Both the position numbers and the translations under genes were made by a program. DNA of 64,000 nucleotides, from the sequence record NC_016163.1; one strand, 5' to 3'. This document shows positions 38,274-47,608 of this stretch, piece after piece (the first letter of the stretch is position 1; each line of letters opens with the position of its first letter). The notes under the pieces are model-generated. The model saw only the letters and a list, made by a program, of their open reading frames with translations. It was not told where the DNA came from and did not search any database.

Positions 38274-40469
38274 TTAGTAACCTATAGCTATAAATGAAAG
38301 AGTATTTGAACCGGCTGAAGCAGGGCCACCAGTACTTTCATATTTATATGCAAATCCTGAAGAGTTTGCAGGATAAACGGTTGTAACAAATGTATTTGCC
38401 GTGTCATTAGACCCGCCAAAAGCAAACAAACATGAAGTAGGAAAAGGAATAGGATAAGTACCGTTTCCAGTTATAGAAGATGTTTTTCTACCATCAGTAT
38501 AGGTATTTTGTATTAAATTAGCATAATTTATAGATAATTTACCCCATTGTATAATTATACCAGATGGTAGTACTTGGTAGCCATTTACACCCAATACTTT
38601 CTTTAAACCAGCCCCATATGCCAAAGCTCCTTCACCAAACATATTCCAATTGCTCTCACCATTCAAGGTAGAGTTACCTTCGAATACACAAAATACAGAA
38701 CTATATGCGTTTAAAGTAATGGTTTGGATTATTCCGGAGTTGGTAGGGAAACCGTGCTCAGGGGTAGGACATTTAATGGTTATAGGCCCAGTACTATAAT
38801 TATAAATAGGTACAATAGACCATCCAGTAGCGTCTAACTCAGTATATACTGGTAGGGTAACAACTATACCGGGTTGGTTGAAACGGTTCCATCTACCTAT
38901 GGAATTTTTAGTCAATACCGTGCTAGTTGCGTAATTGGCAACCCCATTAAACCCATTAAACCCGACTCCTCTAATTAATTCCCTTGTACCGGCAGCATGC
39001 ATTGCTTTAGTCGTATCAGTACCTTTAATAGCTTCTGATACAGTTAATAGCTGAATTAGACCAGATTTACTTTCAGTAGCGGTAGGTAAGCCACTAGTAA
39101 TATCTGCCCATGTATGACTATGCTGTTTATCAGCTTTACCAGCTAACTGATTAGTTATAGTAGTAGCAAAATCAGGATCATTATTCAGTGCATCTGCGAG
39201 TTCTTTTAATGTATCTAAAGCATCACTAGAACCACCAATAAGTTCATCAATTTGTTCCTGTACATAAGTAACGGTAGCAAAGTTAGAACCTGTGATAATT
39301 GCATTAATTTGATCTGCGGTAAGATATTTTTCTTGATCAAGTTTACCGATGTTAATGAACATAAGTTCTTCATCAGCATCACATGGATCAGTAAATACAA
39401 TAGTTGTACCATCAGTAGCAGTATAGTCTTCACCACCTACTAGAACGTGACCAGTCGATAATACAATCAGAGAATCTGCATTGTATTCAAAATCAAAACT
39501 AGTTTGACCTTCAGTAGCAGTGGTAGACTGAATCTTAGTATCAATTACTGCGCCATTACCACCAGCTCCACCACCAGTTAAACCAAGATAAGCAATATAA
39601 TCGGCTACCCATTTAGTAGTAGCAATTTTGTTACTATTATCGGTTACAGCGGGAACTTTATCTTGTGGTAAAATGTTAGTAAGCTTAGACCAATCTAAAG
39701 TAGGAATGTCAGACAGTAAGATACCATCATACCCCTTAGAAGAATAAACTCTATTACCTACAGTAAGTTTACCAGTTACATTAACATTGCCATCAAAGGT
39801 ACTATTACCTTTAAGCTGGAAGAGGTCAGTTACGTTAGTAAGCTTAACACCATCATTACCTACAACAATGGTACCATCTTCTAATACTACGAAACCTTTC
39901 TTATCGTTCGAGTTAATTACTGAGAAAGAACCATCAACTACGACATTATTGTCGAAGAAATATGAACCATCATCAGTACTTGAACCAAAACCATAAGTAT
40001 TGTATACTCTAAATTTAGTACCATCAAAGAGAATATCGCAAATAGCATTTCCAGGAATGGAAGCTTTACGAAGTTCCCTACCAATAATATCTACAATAGG
40101 AAAATCTCTAGTAGCTAGAGTAGAACCATTTTTTGTAATATTAATAGTAATTGTATTTTGCCCTGCACCAATTACAGTATTGGCATTAGTCAGGAATCGA
40201 ATAGATGAAGAGAAAGGCTCCAAAGCTTCTAGGAAGTTTGAACCTTCAAAATTAAAAGTAAAGTTCTTAGCGGAAGGAGTATACACCCAACTAGCTGGTA
40301 CTGCAGCTTTACCGCCACCAACAGTTACGATAATCCCTTGAAGATCTTTATAATAAAGTTGACCGGAATCCTCAGTGACAAAGTGTTCACCAGGATACAC
40401 GTCATTTATTGAAGGATCCGCCATTGAGGGGATTCTCTTCAATATAAAGACAATACGACTGTTAGCCAT
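38274..40469 (-). CDS. Second tail fibre protein (gp53-like C-terminal tip)
   Basis: ALDTLKELADALNNDPDFATT, LPTATESKSGLIQL, GVNGYQVLPSGIIIQWG; late promoter at 40509-40520. Confidence 0.88.
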   Translation of the reverse strand: MANSRIVFILKRIPSMADPSINDVYPGEHFVTEDSGQLYYKDLQGIIVTVGGGKAAVPASWVYTPSAKNFTFNFEGSNFLEALEPFSSSIRFLTNANTVIGAGQNTITINITKNGSTLATRDFPIVDIIGRELRKASIPGNAICDILFDGTKFRVYNTYGFGSSTDDGSYFFDNNVVVDGSFSVINSNDKKGFVVLEDGTIVVGNDGVKLTNVTDLFQLKGNSTFDGNVNVTGKLTVGNRVYSSKGYDGILLSDIPTLDWSKLTNILPQDKVPAVTDNSNKIATTKWVADYIAYLGLTGGGAGGNGAVIDTKIQSTTATEGQTSFDFEYNADSLIVLSTGHVLVGGEDYTATDGTTIVFTDPCDADEELMFINIGKLDQEKYLTADQINAIITGSNFATVTYVQEQIDELIGGSSDALDTLKELADALNNDPDFATTITNQLAGKADKQHSHTWADITSGLPTATESKSGLIQLLTVSEAIKGTDTTKAMHAAGTRELIRGVGFNGFNGVANYATSTVLTKNSIGRWNRFNQPGIVVTLPVYTELDATGWSIVPIYNYSTGPITIKCPTPEHGFPTNSGIIQTITLNAYSSVFCVFEGNSTLNGESNWNMFGEGALAYGAGLKKVLGVNGYQVLPSGIIIQWGKLSINYANLIQNTYTDGRKTSSITGNGTYPIPFPTSCLFAFGGSNDTANTFVTTVYPANSSGFAYKYESTGGPASAGSNTLSFIAIGY

Positions 40470-40523
40470 AATCTTTCCTAATTTTTAAATATTTAATATG
40501 TCACATACTAAATTTTTGTTAAG

Positions 40524-40558
40524 AAATCCCTAATGACCAGAAAGATCATTAGGGATTT
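40524..40558 (-). terminator. Terminator-like hairpin ending the TM/PAS operon
   Basis: aaatccctaatga / tcattagggattt. Confidence 0.7.
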
Positions 40559-40570
40559 AGATATTTAGTA

Positions 40571-41203
40571 TTAGTGAGTCTTTTCGAATTTTACTAAAAC
40601 GAAAATTTTGCTTCCAATACTTATAGATGAAAGTGTAGCTAACCACTTTCTTGCGCCGCCCATATCTCTCAGAGAGCAAGTTAAATAATCCTCTGCATAC
40701 GGGATGTAAGACTGAACATCTAGGTCTAACGAATTGATTGGTCGTTTAAACTGGTCAAGTTCCGTTAGCTTAGTTTCACACTCTATAACTTCTTCAATAT
40801 TTTTACCAACTACAGTTTTATCAGATGGTATAATATTTTTCATTAAAGCATTCAAGCGTATTACAGTTCCCCAACTATTACATAAAAGTACGGGATGACT
40901 ATAAGTAGCTAATAATTTATCTAAATTAAGAGATTTACCCTTTGAATTCTCTTCATCAATAAGATCCTTCACTATTCTAGCTAAAGCAGATACTTCAGTT
41001 AGAGTATTTCGAGAATCTTCAACCATTTGAATAGAAAGTTCATCGGATTTAGTGAATTTAGACTCAAACTGGTTGACCGTTTCACTAAGTTGAAGGGTTG
41101 CAGAATGAGTCTCTATAGCGTCTCTATTTTGAAACACCATTCCTTTTGCCAGCTTTAGGCCAGACTTCCTAAAGAAGTCTTTGATGTGTGTTAGTATTGA
41201 CAT
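40571..41203 (-). CDS. Coiled-coil plus PAS-like domain protein
   Basis: LLATYSHPVLLCNSWGTVIRLNALMKNII...VVGKNIEEVI fits the PAS N-terminal consensus. Confidence 0.6.
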   Translation of the reverse strand: MSILTHIKDFFRKSGLKLAKGMVFQNRDAIETHSATLQLSETVNQFESKFTKSDELSIQMVEDSRNTLTEVSALARIVKDLIDEENSKGKSLNLDKLLATYSHPVLLCNSWGTVIRLNALMKNIIPSDKTVVGKNIEEVIECETKLTELDQFKRPINSLDLDVQSYIPYAEDYLTCSLRDMGGARKWLATLSSISIGSKIFVLVKFEKTH

Positions 41204-41218
41204 AGTATCATATCATAA

Positions 41219-41548
41219 TTACTTTCGGTTAGTTAGATATACTATCAGATTCGATAGCAGTTCTTTGATTTCCTTATCAGAAGCATTTCGGAGGTTTTGC
41301 TGTTCAATTAATGACTTCATCGCCTCATCGTTTCTTTTAAGAAAACTATCCTGAATTTTTTCGATACTTTCTCGCCAAGTGTTTCTTTCAGTAGTATGCC
41401 TAGTTATTGCACTTCTATATAAACGATGGACTCTTCTGACTTCTAAAACTAAAATAATAACCATGAGGATGAAAATAGTAGTTATAGTTTCTAAACCACC
41501 GCTATATAGCTTCGCTATAAAAAGCGCATATAGTCTGCCGAAGTCCAT
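41219..41548 (-). CDS. Single-pass membrane protein with cytoplasmic coiled coil (holin-like?)
   Basis: TM ITTIFILMVIILVLEV followed by RRVHRLYR; late promoter at 41592-41603. Confidence 0.65.
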   Translation of the reverse strand: MDFGRLYALFIAKLYSGGLETITTIFILMVIILVLEVRRVHRLYRSAITRHTTERNTWRESIEKIQDSFLKRNDEAMKSLIEQQNLRNASDKEIKELLSNLIVYLTNRK

Positions 41549-41708
41549 ATAGCAATCCTTCTAAAAATTTTAAACAAAACATAAAAGATTCTAAATTCTT
41601 GTTTCAAAAACCTTAATGTGGATCATATAAATTTTAAAACTTTGTGTAAACAAACAATCTTTTTAGGATATATAATTACTTGGAATACCATACTTAAGGT
41701 ATAAAATT

Positions 41709-42251
41709 ATGAGCCAAAAAATCTCTAAAGCTGATTTTGGTTTGATATGCTGGTACGAACTCTCAAGCTTAAAATCTAAATTTGAAAAAGCAACTTCATT
41801 ACATAAAATAAGAAATCCTAAGTTTGATCATTTTTCAGATATAGAAAAAATAGGAAAAGAACTTTATCCTAAAACTTATAAAAAGATTTTATCTTTCATT
41901 AAAAATAATGAATGGATAAAATTTGATGAAACTATAAAGGAATTGTGTGAAGGTAAAACTCCAGTTATCTTTGTATCAGTCCCCCAATATGATATTGATA
42001 AAGATCCTAACAAATGCGGTAGGTATGCATTTGATATAATCTTCTTACCATCTGAAATCAAACCTACTACTTTTAGACAACGTTTTGGTAGATTTTATAC
42101 TGATACTAAACCTAAAGGAGAAAGATACAGACCACAATCATTATCCGGTACTTTTGTAGTAAATTCAGGATACTCTGATTATATTGATGAAGGCAATATC
42201 GAAGTTGACGATATTTATGAAATTATGGATGCTATAAAAGAAATGCTCTAA
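41709..42251 (+). CDS. Hypothetical protein
   Basis: RBS aaggt; 180-aa ORF. Confidence 0.7.
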   Translation: MSQKISKADFGLICWYELSSLKSKFEKATSLHKIRNPKFDHFSDIEKIGKELYPKTYKKILSFIKNNEWIKFDETIKELCEGKTPVIFVSVPQYDIDKDPNKCGRYAFDIIFLPSEIKPTTFRQRFGRFYTDTKPKGERYRPQSLSGTFVVNSGYSDYIDEGNIEVDDIYEIMDAIKEML

Positions 42252-42277
42252 ATGCGTATTTATAGCTCATTTATTGA

Positions 42278-42293
42278 TATATTATTTTAGTGA
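42278..42293 (+). promoter_or_regulatory. Strong early-type promoter (TATATTATTTTAGTGA)
   Basis: Shares ATATTATTTTAGTGA with 55819-55833. Confidence 0.6.
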
Positions 42294-42348
42294 ATGAGAA
42301 ATAAATTCTCCTGTTAATAATTTTAATTTAAATAAAGGTTAAGAAATT

Positions 42349-43641
42349 ATGTCTAATACTGAGAATAACGTTAACGCAGCGGCAGCAATCTCCTCCAGCA
42401 GTGACATGATTGAATGTACTCACAAAACAATCATTCCGGTTCTGATTGATGCTGTTTATTCTCGTACACCAATTATTATTTGGGGTAATACAGGAGTTGG
42501 CAAAACTGAGCTTCTTCATCAACTGGCTCGTATGTTTGGCATCGAACCCCGTGATCGTCAGCGCTATATCGACCAACGTATGAACTCCTGTGATGCACCG
42601 GATGTTCGTGGTTGCATTTTCCCTGATAAAGAAACAGGTCGTACCGTAGTATATCCACCAGCATGGATTCCTACTGCAAAAGATGGTCTGCCTCGCTTTA
42701 TCGTTCTTGAAGAAATCAACACCATTCAGGACGATACCGTTCAGGCGGCACTGTATGAAATGTTACAAGAACGTCGTAACGGTGATATTGATCTGGCAGA
42801 TGAAGTGGCAATCTTTGCTACTGCAAACCTGGAAGAAGACAACGGCCCGACTGTAGAGTTAGCTGGCCCAGTTAAAAACCGCGTTAAGCATATTCGTCTA
42901 CTTAACACTGTTGAATGCTGGTTGGAAATGGCTGAAGCTAATAACTATCATCCTTTCTTGACTGCATATATTCGCCGCTACGGTATGGAAAAATTGTATG
43001 CTCCGGATTTTGAAAAGAATGCTTTCCGTACTAACCGTACTTGGTCTAAAGTAAATCAGACCATTTCTAACCCACTTTATCAGGAAACACTTGGTAAAGA
43101 ATGGGGTTACAAGCATATCGTTCCAGATTTCGTTTTACCGAAATTTGCAGCGGGTACTCCACTTCCAGTTCCAGACTATGCAGCTATTATTGCCAGTATC
43201 GGTACTACTATCGGTGCTTCTGGTGCTAACGAATTCAGTACTTTCGTTACCCATGCGCAGTCTGTTTTACCGCTGATGAAAATCTTTGATGAAGGTAATC
43301 TGATTCCAGAAAACCAGATTATTAATATCACTGACCACCAGTATTACGCATTGATTGATATGATGCGTCGTACTATGATTGATCGCCATGAAGCGGGTAA
43401 AGCCATCAATGATGTATTTATCCGTAACGTGCTTAATACAATCATGATTGGGGCTAAAAACTCTTCTTTGCTGTCCACTGAATTCCGTCAGGCTAATATG
43501 TTGCGTATTAATCAGGCGATGAAATCTCAGTTCACTGTTAAAGTTATGCAGTATCGTTCCCAACTCGGTCAAATTGGTGCGGATGCATGTGAGTACTTCA
43601 AACAAGCAGGTGCAGCACTAAGCGAAATGGCTGCAGCTTAA
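42349..43641 (+). CDS. MoxR-family AAA+ ATPase
   Basis: Walker A GNTGVGKT, DVRG, Walker B IVLEEIN, ATAN sensor. Confidence 0.85.
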   Translation: MSNTENNVNAAAAISSSSDMIECTHKTIIPVLIDAVYSRTPIIIWGNTGVGKTELLHQLARMFGIEPRDRQRYIDQRMNSCDAPDVRGCIFPDKETGRTVVYPPAWIPTAKDGLPRFIVLEEINTIQDDTVQAALYEMLQERRNGDIDLADEVAIFATANLEEDNGPTVELAGPVKNRVKHIRLLNTVECWLEMAEANNYHPFLTAYIRRYGMEKLYAPDFEKNAFRTNRTWSKVNQTISNPLYQETLGKEWGYKHIVPDFVLPKFAAGTPLPVPDYAAIIASIGTTIGASGANEFSTFVTHAQSVLPLMKIFDEGNLIPENQIINITDHQYYALIDMMRRTMIDRHEAGKAINDVFIRNVLNTIMIGAKNSSLLSTEFRQANMLRINQAMKSQFTVKVMQYRSQLGQIGADACEYFKQAGAALSEMAAA

Positions 43642-43715
43642 TTAATAAACGGGTAATGGGGTCTAATCCCATTACCCGATATTTATTTTTACATTAAATA
43701 AAAATAAGGCTAAAA

Positions 43716-45551
43716 ATGAGTAACTCATCTAAAAGTGGTATTTTTCATAATCCTGTAACCATTTCAGAAATGGAATCAGACTTCGTTATACAAACCGCTC
43801 TAAGAAACAATCTTGATCCTAGACAACTTTTAGTTTCTCATTTGCAGGAAAAAATCTCTGAAGCCGTTAAAGAGAATAAAATTGGTACAGATGCTAAATG
43901 GGAACCTCATTATGCCCGTGTTTCAATTAGTCCTTTTACAATTGAAAATGAAGGTTTAGAAGAACTTCTTTCTGAAGTTCATGATTTCTATCTGGAAAAT
44001 GATTTTATTTTCCCAAGTGTATTAAGTAATGCTTTTGAAACACGTAAAAAAATCATGGACATTGCCAAAGCTAAAGTAAATAAGGCTGTAATGGCTTTGT
44101 CTATTTACTATAACATTTTTACTCCAATCATGATGCTTCTTAAGAACCGCATTGACCCTAACTTCAATGCCGGAAAAACTTATGATTTCATTATTGAGTT
44201 AGATGAAAACTTCAATACGATTGGTGAGCTTCGTTTCTACTCCCCAAACCTCGGTGTGCGAGCTTATACCGATTTTCGTAGTACTGCATATAATGCGGAA
44301 TGGGCAGCAAACGTCCGTCAAAGTACACTGAACGGTGTAGCTCTTCATGAAGTATATCACAACGTGTTGATGCATAATACTCGTGGTGAACATGATAAGG
44401 CTTATAAACCTATTCGTGATCTTCATGAAGAAATCGATCAGTTAGCTTTAACTAAATATACTACTGATGAAGGTAGTGTTCCTATGAGTCAATGGGAAGC
44501 TGATGATCAGTATAAAGTTAAAGTACTTCAGGCCATGCGTAATATTCAAAACATGGCAATGGATAAACCGATTAATATCGCTATTCAAACAGCTTCTCAA
44601 AATGCCAGTTTCAATATTGGTAAGAAAATCTGTCTGGATCAGGTTATCGAATTCAATAAAGAATTTGATAAATATACTGATAACGGTCATAAGTTTGCTG
44701 ATTTACCTTCTCCACTGGCAAACTATTTTGGTTCTGTAGTATATCCAGAGCGTGGTGATACTGACGGTAAAACCTCTGAAGAATGGTTTACTATTGATAA
44801 TACTGAAGAGAACATCAAGAAATATCTTGAATGGCCTTCTTTAGATGAACATGGTAATCAAACTGAAGAGAAAGCCGAATCTACTCGCCGTACTGAAGTA
44901 TTTGAACGTGCTATGCAATCTGTACGCGATAATGTTAAGAATGCTCCGGGAGGCCCAACTGATACATTCTTCCGTATTCTGAATGCTCTGGAAGCAATTC
45001 CAACATTTATTGATTGGCGTATGCTTCTTAAACGTTATATCAAATCTGGTATTAAGACTGAAAAAACTTGGCAACGTATTAACACTCGTACTTTCGCTGC
45101 AGCTGGTCAAATTCGTCCTGCTCGAAAATCCGATGCGATTAAAGTAGTAATTGCTGGAGACACATCAGGATCCATGCTGGATCAGTTAGGTGATGTAGTA
45201 ACACAAGTTGAGAAAATTGTCAAATCTTTTGGTAGCTACTATTTTACCTTCTTTGCAGTTGATGAAGGTATAACTTCCGAAGAAGTTTTCTCCAATAGTA
45301 AGAAATTTACTGTTGACCGTCTGGTACGCAACTTCAAAGGTGGTGGCGGTACAGATTTCAGAAGCTTCTTTAAAGAGCTGGATGAGCGCGGTAATCGTGA
45401 AACAGTTGTAATGGTTACTGATGGCTGTGCAACCATTCCAGAAGACAGACCGAAAGGCTATGATGTAATTTGGGTGGTTCGTGAATCCGATTTCCGTTGG
45501 GCGGAAGAATACCTGAAATGGGGCAAGATTGTCGTCATGTCAGGTATCTAA
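43716..45551 (+). CDS. DUF2201-type metallopeptidase-like plus vWA domain protein
   Basis: HEVYH zincin motif; DWRMLL; MIDAS DTSGS, GGGTDF, VTDG. Confidence 0.85.
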   Translation: MSNSSKSGIFHNPVTISEMESDFVIQTALRNNLDPRQLLVSHLQEKISEAVKENKIGTDAKWEPHYARVSISPFTIENEGLEELLSEVHDFYLENDFIFPSVLSNAFETRKKIMDIAKAKVNKAVMALSIYYNIFTPIMMLLKNRIDPNFNAGKTYDFIIELDENFNTIGELRFYSPNLGVRAYTDFRSTAYNAEWAANVRQSTLNGVALHEVYHNVLMHNTRGEHDKAYKPIRDLHEEIDQLALTKYTTDEGSVPMSQWEADDQYKVKVLQAMRNIQNMAMDKPINIAIQTASQNASFNIGKKICLDQVIEFNKEFDKYTDNGHKFADLPSPLANYFGSVVYPERGDTDGKTSEEWFTIDNTEENIKKYLEWPSLDEHGNQTEEKAESTRRTEVFERAMQSVRDNVKNAPGGPTDTFFRILNALEAIPTFIDWRMLLKRYIKSGIKTEKTWQRINTRTFAAAGQIRPARKSDAIKVVIAGDTSGSMLDQLGDVVTQVEKIVKSFGSYYFTFFAVDEGITSEEVFSNSKKFTVDRLVRNFKGGGGTDFRSFFKELDERGNRETVVMVTDGCATIPEDRPKGYDVIWVVRESDFRWAEEYLKWGKIVVMSGI

Positions 45552-45554
45552 TAG

Positions 45555-45578
45555 AAAAGAGTCCTTCGGGACTCTTTT
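45555..45578 (+). terminator. UUCG-tetraloop intrinsic terminator
   Basis: aaaagagtcc-ttcg-ggactctttt plus T tract. Confidence 0.85.
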
Positions 45579-45639
45579 TTTTTATTTAATAAATAATGAT
45601 ATATTATTTTTATGAATAAACTAACACAAAGGTATTTAA

Positions 45640-45867
45640 ATGGATATTAAGCAGAAGTTTAAAAATGTACTAGATTTCTTAGAAGCCCCTATTACTTTCA
45701 AAGTTAGTAGAGGGTTTTATTACTATATCTTAATTCTTATCCTAATGACTATCCTCTCATACACCTCTGGATTCTTTGATTCAGTTATTTCAATAGTTAT
45801 ATTCTTTGTAGTATTTTATTTCGACCAAGAACTCATCAAAAGAAGGGAAGCTAAGAAAGATGAATAA
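45640..45867 (+). CDS. Small membrane protein (2 TM)
   Basis: Hydrophobic segments; early promoter at 45600-45607. Confidence 0.7.
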   Translation: MDIKQKFKNVLDFLEAPITFKVSRGFYYYILILILMTILSYTSGFFDSVISIVIFFVVFYFDQELIKRREAKKDE

Positions 45868-46462
45868 TTTTACTTTATCTATTGATAGTGATAAATTTGA
45901 AAAGAATATTAATGCTTATTTAAAATTTAGTATGAATAAGCTTTATGCTAATCTAGCTATATTATTTCTAAGTTCGATAGCATTTATCCTGTTTTCTGAT
46001 AGATTTGAAGTACTACAGCATATTGTAGTAAGAATCTTATGGGGAGTAATCATGTTTAGAATGCTAATACGGATTCTTTACATGAATAGCTTTATCACGA
46101 CAGTTTATAAGAAAAAGACAAAACTTATAAATAAGATCAAGAACTCCCATACGTCTTTTAATGTAAATACTTTAGCTAAGAGTAAAGAGCACCTATATAA
46201 AAGCGTAATTAATAGACTAAGAGAAAATATTCAAACGCTAGTATTAGCTAAGAATAATTCAGATCTTACCACGTCATTTACTTGTAAAGTAGATGCATTA
46301 AGTGATTCATCAATTTCTATACTTTCTTTTGAGCTACATAGAAGTTATATACGTATAACAGATGGTAGAAACATTCTGGTAGTTGATCTTCCAGTTGTTA
46401 AATCAAAATATGAGGCTTTACAACCTCTTTCAATTTTACTACACTCAATTAAAGTAGATTAA
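45860..46462 (+). CDS. Membrane protein (2 TM plus soluble domain)
   Basis: Two hydrophobic segments near the N-terminus. Confidence 0.7.
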   Translation: MNNFTLSIDSDKFEKNINAYLKFSMNKLYANLAILFLSSIAFILFSDRFEVLQHIVVRILWGVIMFRMLIRILYMNSFITTVYKKKTKLINKIKNSHTSFNVNTLAKSKEHLYKSVINRLRENIQTLVLAKNNSDLTTSFTCKVDALSDSSISILSFELHRSYIRITDGRNILVVDLPVVKSKYEALQPLSILLHSIKVD

Positions 46463-46471
46463 GGACTTATC

Positions 46472-46864
46472 ATGCAGCTAACTTTACAAGACCGACCACT
46501 TTCTCTCAGTGAAACTTTAGAAGCTCGTTTTAAGGAAAATGGTATCAATGCCAGGATGCTATCTTTCGCTATTAAAGAAAGTCAAAGTTATATAAGTGAT
46601 CTTATGAATGGTAAAATATCACTTAGCTCTTCAATGGCTTTAAAATTATCAGTATTTTTTGAAACCACTCCTGACTATTGGTATCGGGTGGAATATAAAT
46701 ATAATCTTTACAAACAACGTAATGATAAAGTATTTGTAGATCAAACTATGAGAAATATTACTCCTATCTCTCAAGGATATAAAGAATTCGATCCTACAAA
46801 ATATGAAGATGATCGAGTTTATAAACCATTACACTTATCAAGTTCTCTCTATAGTGGATTATAA
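46472..46864 (+). CDS. higA: HigA/VapI-like XRE-family HTH antitoxin (copy 1)
   Basis: SYISDLMNGKISLSSSMALKLSVFFETTPDYW. Confidence 0.75.
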   Translation: MQLTLQDRPLSLSETLEARFKENGINARMLSFAIKESQSYISDLMNGKISLSSSMALKLSVFFETTPDYWYRVEYKYNLYKQRNDKVFVDQTMRNITPISQGYKEFDPTKYEDDRVYKPLHLSSSLYSGL

Positions 46865-46873
46865 GGAATACCA

Positions 46874-47188
46874 ATGACTGATACTATTCGAATCCCAACT
46901 CATCCAGGAATTATTCTTAAAGAAGAATTTATGGATTCTCAACCTAAAATTACAGTTATTGAAATCTGTAAACGAACTAATATCTCAGCATCATATCTTC
47001 GTCGATTTATCAAAGGTGCTGAAGAAATCACAACTAATGTAGCTATTTGTTTAGCTAAGATATTTAATACTACTCCTGATTTTTGGTTGAATCTGAATAC
47101 TCAGCATTATACTGCTAAGCTTTTAGCTGATAAAGGTTATTCGGAAAGATTGAATTCTATCGAACCATTTAACTTTATTCAGAGTTAA
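46874..47188 (+). CDS. higA: HigA/VapI-like XRE-family HTH antitoxin (copy 2)
   Basis: THPGIILKEEF...EITTNVAICLAKIFNTTPDFWLNL is a typical HigA signature. Confidence 0.85.
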   Translation: MTDTIRIPTHPGIILKEEFMDSQPKITVIEICKRTNISASYLRRFIKGAEEITTNVAICLAKIFNTTPDFWLNLNTQHYTAKLLADKGYSERLNSIEPFNFIQS

Positions 47189-47293
47189 TTAATTCCCCTA
47201 ATAGTTAAAAGCTATTAGGGGATAATCTTTTTTTTTTATTTATATTTTAAATATATATTATAATAATGAATCCATATCTAATAAGGATAAGAA

Positions 47294-47557
47294 ATGTTAA
47301 TTATTCATAATTTAAATATCCCATCTACTTCAGAAGAAGTTAATCAATATCTTAAACTTCATGGAGTGCATTGTGAAAATACTTTTAACCATCCAAATAA
47401 ATTAGCTATTTTATTGGCTGCTAAGTTACATGAGAGGATTGATGTTGATTTAGATAGAATCAATCCATACAACCAACATCATGAAAACCTTGCATGGAAA
47501 AAGTTTAATAAAACGTATGAATATATGATTTCTGTAATGAAATCCTTCAATTTTTAA
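47294..47557 (+). CDS. Hypothetical protein
   Basis: Early promoter at 47254-47261; RBS aagga. Confidence 0.7.
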   Translation: MLIIHNLNIPSTSEEVNQYLKLHGVHCENTFNHPNKLAILLAAKLHERIDVDLDRINPYNQHHENLAWKKFNKTYEYMISVMKSFNF

Positions 47558-47608
47558 AAAATTCGTTATAACAAACAAAGTTTTAGAATTCCACAAGGAA
47601 ATTTATAA

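Noticed and set aside
45860-46462. Gene upstream of the HigA-like pair as a HigB toxin
   Set aside because: 200 aa with two TM segments and no RelE/HigB-like pattern.
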